The position numbers and the translations under genes are program-made. The notes below the pieces were generated by a model, which searched no databases, was not told the origin of the DNA, and worked only from the letters and a program-made list of their open reading frames with translations. From an uncultured Acidobacteriota bacterium (GTDB lineage: Bacteria; Acidobacteriota; Terriglobia; Acidiferrales; UBA7541), in assembly GCA_963739275.1 (NCBI GenBank), contig CAVTZX010000044.1, positions 1,646-65,645 on the forward strand: 64,000 nt of DNA, written 5' to 3'. How positions within the stretch are numbered: position 1 is the stretch's first letter; every line of letters starts with the position of its first letter. Shown here piece after piece: positions 17,250-28,185 of the stretch.

Positions 17250-20200
17250 CTATGGGGTTCTCTGCGCCCTCTTGTGCGCCTCCACTTCGCTGAGGAGCTC
17301 CCTGACGGCGGCATCGAGCTGCGCGTCATGTCCAGTGTAACTCTCTCCGAGGGCGCGTACGACAGGGATGTCAACCGGGCGGGGATGCATCTCCATGGGC
17401 TGGCCATCCGCGGTGGTGATGCGGATGAACGGCATGCGCAGCGTCGAGCCATCGATCAACTGCACCGCCGAAGTATAAATGATCCACCCCGCGGTAGGCT
17501 CGCCGACCACTTTGCCGAGTTTGAGCGTGCGGTATCCCTCGGTGAAGTCCTCGGCATCGGAGAGCGAATGCTGATTGGTGACCAGGATCGTGGGCAGCTC
17601 GAGCGAACGCTGGCCGAGCTGCGTGCGCGCCGGCGCCGTGGCAAACCCACGCGGGGTCATGTTCAGGTAGCCGCGGCGGGCGAGCACGTCGATGGCATAA
17701 ACGTTGACGAAACCGCCGTTGTTGTTGCGGATGTCGATCACGACACCCTCGCGCGCCTGGTTCTGCGTGTCGAGGTCCATGTAGAGCCCGGCGAGCGAGC
17801 CCGCGGACATGTCCGGCATGTGCACATAGCCGAGGCGGCCGTTGCTCGCGTGCTCGACGTACGCCCGGCGATCTTCCACCCAGGCGCGATAAATCAGATT
17901 CTTTTCTGCTGCCGTGGAAACCGGCTTCACAACGGCTTCCCGTTTGTCCGCGCCCTCAGGAGACGACGCGACGCTGAGGGCGATGCGCTTCCCTACGGTG
18001 TGGTCCAACGCTTCATCGAGGTTCGTGTGGGCGCCGACCGGCCTGCCTTCCACGGCGAGCAGGAAGTCTCCCTTGCGAACCTGCCCGGAAAGCGCGGCCG
18101 GGCCATACGGAACGACCTCCGCGATGCGCAGGCGCCCGCTGCTTTCGTATTCGGCGCGGTCAAAGAAGAGGCCAAGTTTTCCCACCCCGCCGCCCGCGCC
18201 TGCTCCGCCGCCGGCCGACGGTGCAGCGATCCCCATGTGCGAAGCGTTGAGCTCACCCAGCATCAGCGAAATCACGCGGCGCACTTCGTCGGGAGTCGAG
18301 GCACCGGCAATGTGCGGCTCATAGGTGGTGCGCACGGCGTTCCAGTCCACGCCATTATGGTTGGCGTCAAAAAAGAGGTCGCGCAGGTAGGTCCAGGCCT
18401 CTGCGAACATGGCCATTTTCTCCCGCGTGAAGTCCACGTCCATTTCCGCGGTGACGCTGATCGGCCGCGGCTGGCGCGTCTCCAGCGCGACGCCGTGGAT
18501 CGTGCCGCGCTCGAGGTAGTAAACCTCCTTGCTGTCCGGAGTGAACTGCGCGTCGGACTTGAAGCCCGCGGTCGAGGTCAACTGGCGCGCGACCGCGGGC
18601 TCGCGGCTGAGTTCATCGAGCGAGTAGACATAAAGGTTCTGCTGGCCAGCCGCGCCCGCAGTCATCAAGAGCCACTTGCCGTCCGGGCTGATGATCTGCG
18701 AATTGACGTCCACGCCGACGTGGAACGAGCGAGGCGCGCCGATTGATGCCCTCGAATACGATTTCGACCGGCTTCGGCGCGGGCTTGGTCTGATCCGGGC
18801 GGCCCGGCGCGCCTGCGCCACCGCCGCCGCGAGGAGACTCGTCCTTGAAGAGTTCGCGGAACTGATCTTCGCGGAAATGCGGCGCGCGCGGGATCAGGTC
18901 AATCCGCGCGACCTGGCCCGGCTCGGTGCGCTGGGCGGAGTCATAAAGCAAGAACGTGCCGTCCGGACTCCAATTGACGCCGTTGCCGAACACGTTCGGA
19001 AGGAAGCTGACCGGCTTCGATTCTCCGCCGGCCACGGGAACCACCTGGATGTTACGGAAGAGTTTGTGCGTCGCGGCGATATAGGCGATCCAGCGGCCAT
19101 CGGGCGACCACGCGAACGGGCGGTCCGGGCCAAACGGCGGAGCGTCCAGGCTTCCCGTCGCGAGTATGCGCTCCTGTTTGGCCGCGAGGTCCAGAACGCG
19201 CAGTTCATGGCCACCGCGGAAGAACGCGAGCAGTTTGCCGTCGGGCGAGAACTGAGGGAAAGCATCGTCGGCTGTGCCGCGCGTGAGCTGCGTTTCTTCG
19301 TTTGTTGTGAAGTCATAGAGGAACAGGCGCACCGGGGATTCCCGCTCGGAGGCGTACACGATGCGCTTGCTGTCCGGCGACCACACGATGCCGTATTCCT
19401 TTGCATCCGGCGTACGCGTGACACGAGTGGCATCGCCGCCGTCGCGCGCGGAGGCCGCGAAGATTTCGCCGCGCACAGCGAAAGCGATCTTTTTCGCATC
19501 GGGTGAGAGCGCTAGATCGCTGATGTCGCTCGACAGTGTGAGGTGCTGCACCGCCGGGCTCGGGACAGCGCCGCGCAGCGCGATGGAGACCGGCGCCGCC
19601 TGGCCGCTCGCCGTATCGAGCTTCCAAATGCCGAAATCGCGCTCGAAGACGATCATCTTGCCGTCGTAGGAGATGTTCGGCCAAAGCGCGCGGCCGCTTG
19701 TGAATTTCGTGATCTGCCGGCCTTGTCCACTAAGCGCACGCATCCAGATGTTTTCCGCGCCGCTGCGGTCGGAGATGTAGTAGAGGATGCGTCCGTCGGC
19801 GCTCCACATCGGCCACATTTCCTTCGCGCCGCCTTCGGTGACGCGCTCGTAGGTGGCCGGCGTGCCTTCGTGCCTCAGCCAGACCTCGGCTTCGTCCAGG
19901 TGGCTGTGGCCCTTGCGCCACCATTGCCCCGAGGCCGTGCCGCGCGCGGAAAACGCCAGCGTGTTGCCGTCGGGCGAGGGCGCAGAGAAAAACTCATTCG
20001 CATAGCGGTCGGCGCTGACCGGCATCGGCGTTCCACCTTCGACGCTCACCCGGTAGATGTCGTTCATGCCCGAGATGTCGTGGCTCGTCGAGGAGAAGTA
20101 AATCCACCTGGCGTCGCGCGACCACGCGTTCAAAAGGTCGAGCCCGTCGTCGAAGGTGAGGCGTTTCAGTTCGCCCGTGGCGAATGTCAGAACGTAGATG

Positions 20201-20511
20201 TCGCCATTGCCCGTACGCGTGGAGACGAATGCCAGCTTCTTCCCATCCGGCGAGTACATGGGATGTGATTCCGTCGCGGGGTGCGAGACAAGCAGGCGCG
20301 CTTCGCCCCCTTCAGCCGGGACGCTCCAGATGTCACCGCCGGAGACGAACGCGATCTCCTTTCGGTCCGGTGAGATCGCCGGATCGCTGAACGAGGGCAG
20401 CGGCTTCGCCGCCGCAACTTGCGGCGCGGGCAGACGCGCGAAACTCCATCGCGCAGCGGGCCACAAGGCCAGCGCGAAAAGGCACAAAGAAACGCGGGTG
20501 CGGTTTTTCAT
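17250..20511 (-). pseudogene. tricorn-like protease (TolB-type beta-propellers, PDZ, S41 peptidase) interrupted by a 1-nt frameshift near 18720
   Basis: ORFs 18613-20511 and 17250-18821 overlap in different frames. Removing one base in ctcgttccAcgtcggc restores ...VEIVFEGINRRASLVPVGVDVNSQIISPDGKW.... The C-terminal part carries IDIRNNNGG (S41). Confidence 0.8.
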
Positions 20512-20595
20512 GTTTACCCCTGTGTGCGGAGAAGATCGGCAAGCAAAGATGGCAGACGATTCATAAGCCGAAACGCCCGGGATTATAGCACCGGC

Positions 20596-21774
20596 TCACG
20601 CGGGTTGCAGGTGGCGCTCCCAGGCACGCGAGGCCAGGATTTCTTCGATTTGCGCGAGGGCAAAGTCGATTTCATCGTCGCGATTATAGAAATGTGGAGA
20701 GAGGCGCACGCCGGCGCGAGGGCGGTAGTCCACCAGGATGTCGCGCGCGAGAAGTTCGCGGGTGACTTCGGGCGCATGCGGGCAGTCCACGGATACGGTC
20801 CCGGCGCGCTGCGCGGGATCGAGTGGCGTATTCACGCGCCAGCCGCGGCTGCGCGCGCCTTCGATCAGGTGTTGTGTCATGCGCATGGATTTGGCGCGAA
20901 TGTTCTCGATGCCGACCTCGTTCACGATATCGAGGCCGGGCTGGCAGGCGTAGAGCGCGGGAATGTGCGGGGTGCCGTTCAGGTAACGGAAGGAATCTTC
21001 GCGGCGGTCCACGGGGCCTACCTCAAAATTGAACGGCCGGCGGTGCGCCAGCCATCCGGTGAGTGCGGGCTCCAATCTCGCGCGCAGATCCTCGCGGACG
21101 TAGAGATAGCCGACTCCCGGGCCGCCGCAGAGCCACTTGAGCACTCCGCCGACGGCGAAATCGGTCCCGAGCGCGCGCACGTCCACCGGCACCGTGCCGG
21201 CGGCCTGGAAGAGATCGAGCACGACGTGCGCGCCGACGCGGTGCGCGCGTTCGATGATGGCACGCGCATCCACGATGCACGAACTGCGAAAGAGCACGTA
21301 GGAAATCGGGACGAGCAGAGTCGTCTCGTCAATCGCCGCGAGTACTTTTTCGAGCGGGATGGTGATGCCGTCCTCACTCTTCACGATTTCGACGCGCGCG
21401 CCGTACCGCTGCTGTTCCTGATAGAAATAGAGGATTGAGGGAAACTCCATGTCCACCATGACCACTTTGTTGCGCGGGCCGTCGAAGTCAAAACAGGAAG
21501 CGATGACGGCCTGGGTCAGCGTTACGTTCTGGTGCAGCGAGAGCTCTCCCCGCGCCGCACCGATGAGCGAGCCGATGCGGTCGCCCACGCGCACGGCCAT
21601 GTCCCACCAGCCCTCTTCCCAGGCGCGCACGCCGCGCAAAGCCCAGGAGTCGGCGTAATCCTTCATGCGGTCGTACACGGCGCGAGGCATGGCGCCGAGC
21701 GAATTGCTGATCATGTAGGTGGTGCGCTCAAGGATGGGGAACTCTGAGCGCCATTTCAGCAAATCGTCGTTCAT
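20596..21774 (-). CDS. kynureninase-like class V-fold PLP-dependent enzyme
   Basis: Collinear with kynureninases: FPIL..TYM.SNSLGAMP, LDLFQAAGTVPVDV, and KWLCGGPGVGYLYV (PLP lysine). ATG 21774 lies 2 nt after the permease stop. Confidence 0.75.
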   Translation of the reverse strand: MNDDLLKWRSEFPILERTTYMISNSLGAMPRAVYDRMKDYADSWALRGVRAWEEGWWDMAVRVGDRIGSLIGAARGELSLHQNVTLTQAVIASCFDFDGPRNKVVMVDMEFPSILYFYQEQQRYGARVEIVKSEDGITIPLEKVLAAIDETTLLVPISYVLFRSSCIVDARAIIERAHRVGAHVVLDLFQAAGTVPVDVRALGTDFAVGGVLKWLCGGPGVGYLYVREDLRARLEPALTGWLAHRRPFNFEVGPVDRREDSFRYLNGTPHIPALYACQPGLDIVNEVGIENIRAKSMRMTQHLIEGARSRGWRVNTPLDPAQRAGTVSVDCPHAPEVTRELLARDILVDYRPRAGVRLSPHFYNRDDEIDFALAQIEEILASRAWERHLQPA

Positions 21775-21775
21775 C

Positions 21776-23203
21776 TCATTGCTCCCCTGGGGATCGTTGC
21801 ATACCTCGAGCCTTCGACCAAACAAAGTAGCACAGCGTGATGAAGGCGAGCCACGGCAAACCGCCGACCAGCGTGATACGCATGCCAGGGATCCACCAGG
21901 TGGAGGCGAGCACGGCGAGCAGCGCGGCGAGGCCGAGGAGCGAACTCCACGGCCCGGACGGCGCAAACCGCAGAACGCTTGGATTTGCAGCCGTACGGCG
22001 GCGGAAGGCGAGATGGGTCGCGAAAATCATGATCCAGGCAAAAATCCCGCCAAAAAAAGCCGCGCCAAGCATGTAAACATACGCTCTCTCGTGGAAGCGC
22101 CAGTCGAGCACGAGCGCCGCGAGCATGCCGCCACTTGAAACGAGCAGAGCGCGAACAGGCGTGCCGCGGCGGCTGAGCACTCCCAGAGCCGCAGGTGCGT
22201 ATCCTCCGCGCGAGAGTGAAAAAATCATTCGCGCGGTGAGATAAAGGTTGCAATTGACGCTCGAAAGCGCCGCCGTGAGCACGACGAAGTTCATCACCGC
22301 CGCGGCCGCCGGAATCCCGACCGTCTGGAACACGCGCACGAACGGGCTTTCCGTCAAGCCTGCCAGCGTCCACGGCAGCACGCCAACCAGCACGGCCATG
22401 CCGCCGATGTAGAAAATGGCCAGGCGCAGAAGCGTCTGGCGCATGGCGCGAGGTACGGCGATCTCCGGATGGTCGGCTTCGCCGGAGGTGACGGCGACAA
22501 TCTCCAAACCGAGATAGCTGAAGATGGCCATGGCCACGCCGAGCCCCACTCCGAGCCAGCCGTTGGGCAGAAAGCCGCCGTGCGCGAAGTAGTTGGTCGC
22601 GCCCAGGGACTTTCCAATCACGCCCAAGAGCAGCGCGCCACCGAGCAATAGAAACGCGACGATGGTCACCACTTTAATCATCGCGAACCAATACTCGAAC
22701 CAGCCGAAACTCGCCACACTGCGCGCGTTCACGTAGATCAGCGAAACCGAAAACGCGGCGATCCAAATCCACGCAGGCACGCTGGGGAAAAAGTAGCGGC
22801 AGTAGATCGACGCGGCCACCACTTCGCTGCCGATGGCAACGACCTGCGCGAGCCAGTAGGAGTAGCGCACGGCGAAGCCCGCCCAGGGATGCAGGTACAT
22901 CTCCGCGTACACGCCAAAGGAGCCGGCCACCGGATGGGCCACCGCCATTTCTGCGAGCGCCCACATCAGCGCCAGGGCGATGGCCGCGCCCGCGGCGTAG
23001 CTGAGGATGACCGCGGGGCCCGCGAGCCGCACCGATACGGCGCTGCCGAGAAAGAGGCCCGTGCCGATCGCGCCACCCAGCGCGATCATGGAGAGCTGCC
23101 GCGGGGTGAGTTGGCGGCGCAGCCCGGCCTCGCGGTCGAGGATCGCGGCATGCGCGGCGCTGCGGGCGGCCCCCGCAGCCGGATTGATCTCAGACACGCT
23201 CAT
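21776..23203 (-). CDS. APC-superfamily amino acid permease
   Basis: 475 aa with about 12 TM segments. SMIALGGAIGTGLFLGS is the amino-acid permease signature. Confidence 0.9.
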   Translation of the reverse strand: MSVSEINPAAGAARSAAHAAILDREAGLRRQLTPRQLSMIALGGAIGTGLFLGSAVSVRLAGPAVILSYAAGAAIALALMWALAEMAVAHPVAGSFGVYAEMYLHPWAGFAVRYSYWLAQVVAIGSEVVAASIYCRYFFPSVPAWIWIAAFSVSLIYVNARSVASFGWFEYWFAMIKVVTIVAFLLLGGALLLGVIGKSLGATNYFAHGGFLPNGWLGVGLGVAMAIFSYLGLEIVAVTSGEADHPEIAVPRAMRQTLLRLAIFYIGGMAVLVGVLPWTLAGLTESPFVRVFQTVGIPAAAAVMNFVVLTAALSSVNCNLYLTARMIFSLSRGGYAPAALGVLSRRGTPVRALLVSSGGMLAALVLDWRFHERAYVYMLGAAFFGGIFAWIMIFATHLAFRRRTAANPSVLRFAPSGPWSSLLGLAALLAVLASTWWIPGMRITLVGGLPWLAFITLCYFVWSKARGMQRSPGEQ

Positions 23204-23418
23204 GGGGTGAACTGGGCGGCCATCCTAGCAGAAACTGCTCGAGGAACGCGGGATTCGTTCGACTTGCGCCAAACCGTGCAATTTGCTAGGCGAGGAAGTC
23301 AGAATCATGCCACCTCCGCGCGCCGCGAGGAGTTCGATTTTGCAATAGGAGGCGATTTGCGGGCCTGATCTGGAATCCCGCACCTCCCTTACCAGCCGCA
23401 AACGATCGGCGCTCCTAG

Positions 23419-23448
23419 CCCCGGTGTTCCTGGGAACACCGGGGTTTT
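23419..23448 (+). terminator. strong intrinsic terminator-like hairpin in a divergent intergenic region
   Basis: CCCCGGTGTTC-ctgg-GAACACCGGGG is a perfect 11-bp stem, followed by TTTT on the + strand only. Confidence 0.55.
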
Positions 23449-23576
23449 AATCAGCGGTCCCGTAAGGAACGGGTGCCGAAGGGGTCTTACCGGGTCGGGC
23501 GGTGCATTGCTTGCCCGGTGAGCCTGGGCTAGGATGCAAAATAGCGGTTGCCCCGCGCCACGCCGAGGAGAATGCC

Positions 23577-24137
23577 ATGACACGCAGCTTGATCTTCGCT
23601 CTTTGCCTGATCGCCGCGGCACCTGCTCTGGCGCAGACGCCGCCCGGCCAAGCTGCCGCACCGGCACAGGCTGCGCCGCAGACACAGCCTGCGCAGAAGA
23701 TTGATCCGATCAAGGAAGCGGACATTCGCAAGCTGTTGGAGATCTCGGGCGGCGCGAAACTAGGCGAGGAGATGGTGGCAGGCTCCACCGAGCAATTGAA
23801 GGCCAACCTGCTTCGCTCACTGCCTGAAGGTGAGCACAGCCAGAAAATCGTGGATTCGTTCTTGCGCCGCTACAAAGAGAAGTTCACCGCGGAACAGCTC
23901 ATCGCGCTGATCGTCCCCGTCTATGACCGCCATATGAGCGATGACGACGTCAAAGGGCTCATCGCGTTCTACCAGACGCCGCTGGGACTACGCGCCGTAA
24001 AGGCTTTGCCGCAGATTGCCCGCGAATCGCAGCAGGCGGGATACGATTTCGGGCAAAAGATCGTGCAGCAGATCGTGAAAGAGGTGCAGGACGAATTCCC
24101 CGAGCTGAAGCAGGGCAAGCCGCCGGACAAACCCTAA
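23577..24137 (+). CDS. DUF2059 domain periplasmic protein
   Basis: GAGGAG RBS, then MTRSLIFALCLIAAAPALAQ signal. YDRHMSDDDVKGLIAFYQTPLG matches the DUF2059 pattern. Confidence 0.7.
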   Translation: MTRSLIFALCLIAAAPALAQTPPGQAAAPAQAAPQTQPAQKIDPIKEADIRKLLEISGGAKLGEEMVAGSTEQLKANLLRSLPEGEHSQKIVDSFLRRYKEKFTAEQLIALIVPVYDRHMSDDDVKGLIAFYQTPLGLRAVKALPQIARESQQAGYDFGQKIVQQIVKEVQDEFPELKQGKPPDKP

Positions 24138-24176
24138 TTCCCAGGTTTGCTCCCTATTTTCCGGGATTCCGCCGAA

Positions 24177-27100
24177 CTATTTAAACCGCTTCTTGAATTT
24201 GACGTCGAGGCCGAAGGTACCGTTTTCGTCGCGCAAGGCCACGATGGAGATGTCCCGGTTCACCGAGTACTCCACCTGAATCACCTGCTGCTGCGTGGAG
24301 GTCACGTTGGTGATGTAGGTGATGACGAGGTCGCGGGTCACTTGCTGTTCGATGGTCACGCGCGCCAACGCGTTCTGGGTGGTGCCCGTGCCGGCGAGGA
24401 AGGGGTCTACGCGGAAACGGCTGATGCCGAAGAGCCGCTCGATGCGCCCTCCGAGTTGGCTGGAAATGGCTTCCGAGAGCAGCGTGGTGGCGCCGAGTTC
24501 GGGCGTCTGCACGGCAGTAGCGCCGCGCAACTCGGTGGATTCGGCGGCGCCCCCGATGGCCAGCAGCGCGATGATGTCACTTGCGGGCAGCGGCGGATCG
24601 GAGCGGTAGGCCAACGTGAGCTTGCTGGCCGGGCCGGAAAAGTCCAGCGTCACCTCGTACTGCCGGATCGTGGTGGCCGCTTCGACGTTCAGAACGGGAT
24701 CCAGCCGGAAGGGATTCGAGAAGTTGATTTCCCCGCGCGTGAGGCGGTAACGATTCCCGCGGAACTTCATCTCCCCACTTAACAGATGAACGTGTCCCAA
24801 CAGGACAGGATGTTCCCACGTACCGCGGATGCGGAGGCTTGCTTCGCTCTCGAAGTGCGCGCCGGTCCACTCCACACGTGCTTCGGGGCCGGAGACTCCT
24901 TCGATGTCGAACTGCAGGTTGCGCAGGTACGGGGAAGTCGTGGCGGGCGCGCGCACGGGTTCTTTGGAGGCGATGATCATCGAAGCCAGATCGAAGCCCT
25001 GGGCCATGAAGAGCCGCTCGACGACGACGCGGCCCGAGAGCAGGCCGGACTGCGTGCCGCCGGAAAGTCGCAGCGTACCTCCGGCGAGCCAGCTCATGCC
25101 TTCGGGGTAGCGGATGCGCACCTGGTCCGCCCGCGCGGTGAGGTCATAGCGCAGGGGTCCGGCGCCGTAGCTCACCGTGCCGATGAGGGTGAGTCGGCCG
25201 CCGCCGGTCTGCGCGGTGACGTTGCTGAAGAGCAGGCGGCTGGAATCGAAGATGAAGTCACCGGTCACCTGGCTCAGCCCGGCGGGAAAATCGTTGTAGG
25301 TGGCTGAGGCGTTCTCCAGATGCACGCGGCCGTTGATGCGCGGACTGGCAAACGTTCCTTCGATCGATGCGTTCACTTGCGCGGGCCCGCGGGCTTCGAG
25401 GCCGGGCACGAAGCCGCCGGCGAGGCGGGTGTTGACGCGGCCCGCGAGATTCAGGCCAAGCTGCCGATCACCGCTAAAGCGGGCGAATCCGGAGATGTTC
25501 AAGTCGGTGTCCGTGCCGCGGAGATGGGCCTGCTGGATGCGAACCTCATCGCGGCGGTAGCCGAGCTGCACCGGGCCGTCATTTTCCAGTTTCACGTATT
25601 CGTAGTCGAAGACGACGCGGGAAAGATCGGCTTGCACTTCCAATGTCTCTGGGCGGGCCAGGGCTCCGTGCAACTGGAAGCGGCCGTCCACGCTGCTGTG
25701 CCCGGTGAGCGCCTTCAGACGCAAGGCGGCGATGATGAAGGGATCGACGTCGAGCCGCTCGACCGCCACATCGGCCTGGACCGGGAATTCGCCGGCCAGC
25801 GTGAGGTCGAGCTTGCCCTCCACGCGTCCCGCGGCCATCGCCGAGCGCAAGTCGAGATGGACTTGGCGGCCGTCGGAATCAAGTTTGCCCTCGAAGTTGC
25901 CCACCACTTCGCTCCCCGCGCGGAAGTTTACCAGGCGCAGCGTGCCTTGCGAGACGAGAGCGAGCAATGGCCCTTTGCCGTGCCATTGAAAATTCAACTC
26001 TCCGCCAAGCGGCAGTCCCGGCGTCTGCACGCGCGGGATATTCTCGAGGCGGATGCCCGCACCGGCCAAGGCGAACTCCACCTGCTGATCCGCGAAGCGA
26101 TAAGAGAAATTGCCGGTGATCAGGCTGGGCGGCGCGGCGTGCCCCAAGGGGGACGGCGTCGCGCGCAATTCGGCGTCCGCGATCCGCACTCCTTCGTGGT
26201 TCAGGACCAGGCGTCCGCGAAAGCGCTCGAACGGGTAGCTCCACGCGGCCGCCTCTGTGAGATCGAAGAGTCCGGTGATCTCCGGCTGCGCGCGAGAACC
26301 GCGGCCGTGGAAGTCTCCGGAGAGCAAACCGCGCACAGGATACGACCAGCCCAGGAGCGGCTGGAGATCCTCGATGCCGGCGCGGGCCAGGCTGGCCTCG
26401 AGCTTCCACTGGTTCTCCGGACGGAAGCTCCAATGCGAGAGCTGGAGTTCGACTTCGAGCTGCGCCGAGGAATGTCCGCGCTGCGCCCGGCCATGCGTCA
26501 GCCGGAACTCGTCGGGCGAATAAACGATGTCGCCTTCGATTTCATCCCAGGAGAGTTTGTCGTACCGAGCTTGCCACGCCTTCACGTGCCCGCTGAACTC
26601 CGGCCCGTCCAGAGGGCCGAGCACGCGTCCGCGCCATTCCACGCGGCCCGCCTCCCGGTGCGGCTCGGCATCTTCGCCACGGATGCGATTGATGAAATCG
26701 TCCCAAAGAGAAAGGTCGCGCGAAGAAAAATTGACATTGAGATCGGAATCTTCCGCGCCGAGCATACCGGAGAATTCGATCTGGCTCGTGGGGGTGGAAA
26801 TCGTGCTGGGTCCCAGTTCGATGCTGCGATGATCTTGATTGTAGTGGTAATCGAAACGCGCCGTCGCGGGGATCTCCCCCGCGCCCGGCTCGAGGGCCGG
26901 TTCCCAGAGGGAAACCCCGCGCGAATCCACATGCTTGAAGTCTTCGCGCCACGTCGTGACCGAATCGACGCCGAATGTGCCCGCCCAGTGAAGCGGAGTG
27001 ACGATCAGACCCTCGTGTTCGACGGCGGTGAGGACGCTCGCCAGGTCCAGGCCGCGCCCGCGGGAGTCCATGCGAAAGAGCAGGCCACGAAAATCAGCGT

Positions 27101-28166
27101 GTAGACGCCCCTGAATGGTCCCACCCAGGACGCGTGCCTCGAAATCCGGGATGTCGAGGGTGTTCTGGTTTGCCGTGTAGCTGCCGCGGCTGGTCATCCC
27201 GCGCGCGTGAAACCACGGATAGCGCATGGCCACGTCGCTGGCGGAATAATGCCCAGCGATGCTCAACTGCTTGGCCGCATAGCTGCCTTCACCGGAGAAA
27301 TCTACGCGTCCGGCTGGCGTGCGCGGCTTGCGCAAGATTACGCGAACGTCGTCCAAGTTCAGCCGCCCACGATACTTGAACGTCCAGGCAGGATTCGCGA
27401 AGCTCGCCAGCGCTACTTCGAGGTCCAAATCCGAATGCGGCAGCTTCCAGCGCAACTGGTTGATCTCGAAGCGGTCGTGCTCCAGCGTGAACTTGGCCGC
27501 CACATCGGAAGGAAATGGCAGGTCGCGCTTGGCTTGAATGATGAATTGCTGCCAATTCATCTGGCCCGCATAGAACGGCGCCGCATTTGCCGGCGCGTGA
27601 TAGTCCAGAGCGAACGTGAACCGGCCACCTTGCGCGCTGAAGGGAATGCGCGCATCGTTGTAGGAGATCTCTCCGTTGTTCACCTGAAGCTGGCGAATGA
27701 CCAGATCGAAGATCCGCTCGCGCAGAGGTTTGGGGGACTGCAAAGCCGTTTTCGGCTGGGGAACGTTGCTCGTACCGTCCGCCGCAACGCGCACGTTGAC
27801 CTGTGGCCGATCCAGGCGGAGTTCATCGAGAGAAACCTTGCGGCTCCAGAACGACTCCACGCGGACATCCACGAGCAGGTAATCCGCCTGGAAGAGCGGC
27901 GCCGCACCCGCTGGCTCCCGGCCGTGGATGGTCAAGTCCCACAGCTCCGCGCGGAGGCGCAGCGCTTGCAAGTGAAAGTCGCGCAGCTCGACGCGGCCGC
28001 CGGTCATCTTCTCGAGCTGCGTCACGATGGCGCGGCGCATCCAGCGGTCGGCCAGGCCGGTTTCGATCACCACGACCACCGCAACGGCGAGGCTCAGCAC
28101 GAGGACGCCGAGAGTCTTCAACGTCCCTCGCACCCAACGCCTCCGGATTGGCTTCCCACTCGTCAT
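24177..28166 (-). CDS. tamB: translocation and assembly module protein TamB-like (DUF490)
   Basis: 1329 aa. N-terminal signal-anchor, long beta-rich body, and a C-terminal DUF490-like end (...VEYSVNRDISIVALRDENGTFGLDVKFKKRFK). Confidence 0.8.
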   Translation of the reverse strand: MTSGKPIRRRWVRGTLKTLGVLVLSLAVAVVVVIETGLADRWMRRAIVTQLEKMTGGRVELRDFHLQALRLRAELWDLTIHGREPAGAAPLFQADYLLVDVRVESFWSRKVSLDELRLDRPQVNVRVAADGTSNVPQPKTALQSPKPLRERIFDLVIRQLQVNNGEISYNDARIPFSAQGGRFTFALDYHAPANAAPFYAGQMNWQQFIIQAKRDLPFPSDVAAKFTLEHDRFEINQLRWKLPHSDLDLEVALASFANPAWTFKYRGRLNLDDVRVILRKPRTPAGRVDFSGEGSYAAKQLSIAGHYSASDVAMRYPWFHARGMTSRGSYTANQNTLDIPDFEARVLGGTIQGRLHADFRGLLFRMDSRGRGLDLASVLTAVEHEGLIVTPLHWAGTFGVDSVTTWREDFKHVDSRGVSLWEPALEPGAGEIPATARFDYHYNQDHRSIELGPSTISTPTSQIEFSGMLGAEDSDLNVNFSSRDLSLWDDFINRIRGEDAEPHREAGRVEWRGRVLGPLDGPEFSGHVKAWQARYDKLSWDEIEGDIVYSPDEFRLTHGRAQRGHSSAQLEVELQLSHWSFRPENQWKLEASLARAGIEDLQPLLGWSYPVRGLLSGDFHGRGSRAQPEITGLFDLTEAAAWSYPFERFRGRLVLNHEGVRIADAELRATPSPLGHAAPPSLITGNFSYRFADQQVEFALAGAGIRLENIPRVQTPGLPLGGELNFQWHGKGPLLALVSQGTLRLVNFRAGSEVVGNFEGKLDSDGRQVHLDLRSAMAAGRVEGKLDLTLAGEFPVQADVAVERLDVDPFIIAALRLKALTGHSSVDGRFQLHGALARPETLEVQADLSRVVFDYEYVKLENDGPVQLGYRRDEVRIQQAHLRGTDTDLNISGFARFSGDRQLGLNLAGRVNTRLAGGFVPGLEARGPAQVNASIEGTFASPRINGRVHLENASATYNDFPAGLSQVTGDFIFDSSRLLFSNVTAQTGGGRLTLIGTVSYGAGPLRYDLTARADQVRIRYPEGMSWLAGGTLRLSGGTQSGLLSGRVVVERLFMAQGFDLASMIIASKEPVRAPATTSPYLRNLQFDIEGVSGPEARVEWTGAHFESEASLRIRGTWEHPVLLGHVHLLSGEMKFRGNRYRLTRGEINFSNPFRLDPVLNVEAATTIRQYEVTLDFSGPASKLTLAYRSDPPLPASDIIALLAIGGAAESTELRGATAVQTPELGATTLLSEAISSQLGGRIERLFGISRFRVDPFLAGTGTTQNALARVTIEQQVTRDLVITYITNVTSTQQQVIQVEYSVNRDISIVALRDENGTFGLDVKFKKRFK

Positions 28167-28185
28167 GCGCGCGTCCTGAGTCCCC

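Noticed and set aside
23359-23420. tmRNA-like features: GGGCCTGATCTGGAATC resembles the tmRNA 5' end, and GCAAACGAT resembles an ANDx tag start.
   Set aside because: There is no UUCGAC acceptor continuation. The putative tag reads ANDRRS-stop rather than ending in LAA or VAA. No T-arm or CCA-type 3' end follows, and a protein gene starts 130 nt downstream.
25320-27104. Very long ORFs antisense to real genes. Examples: 25320-27104 (+) opposite tamB, 35646-37349 (+), 32261-33511 (-), 17274-18746 (+), 47463-48815 (-), 10269-11330 (+).
   Set aside because: Their translations are low-complexity and R/A/G/P-rich with no recognisable motifs. They overlap strongly motif-supported genes on the other strand. 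Stop-codon scarcity in GC-rich DNA explains them.
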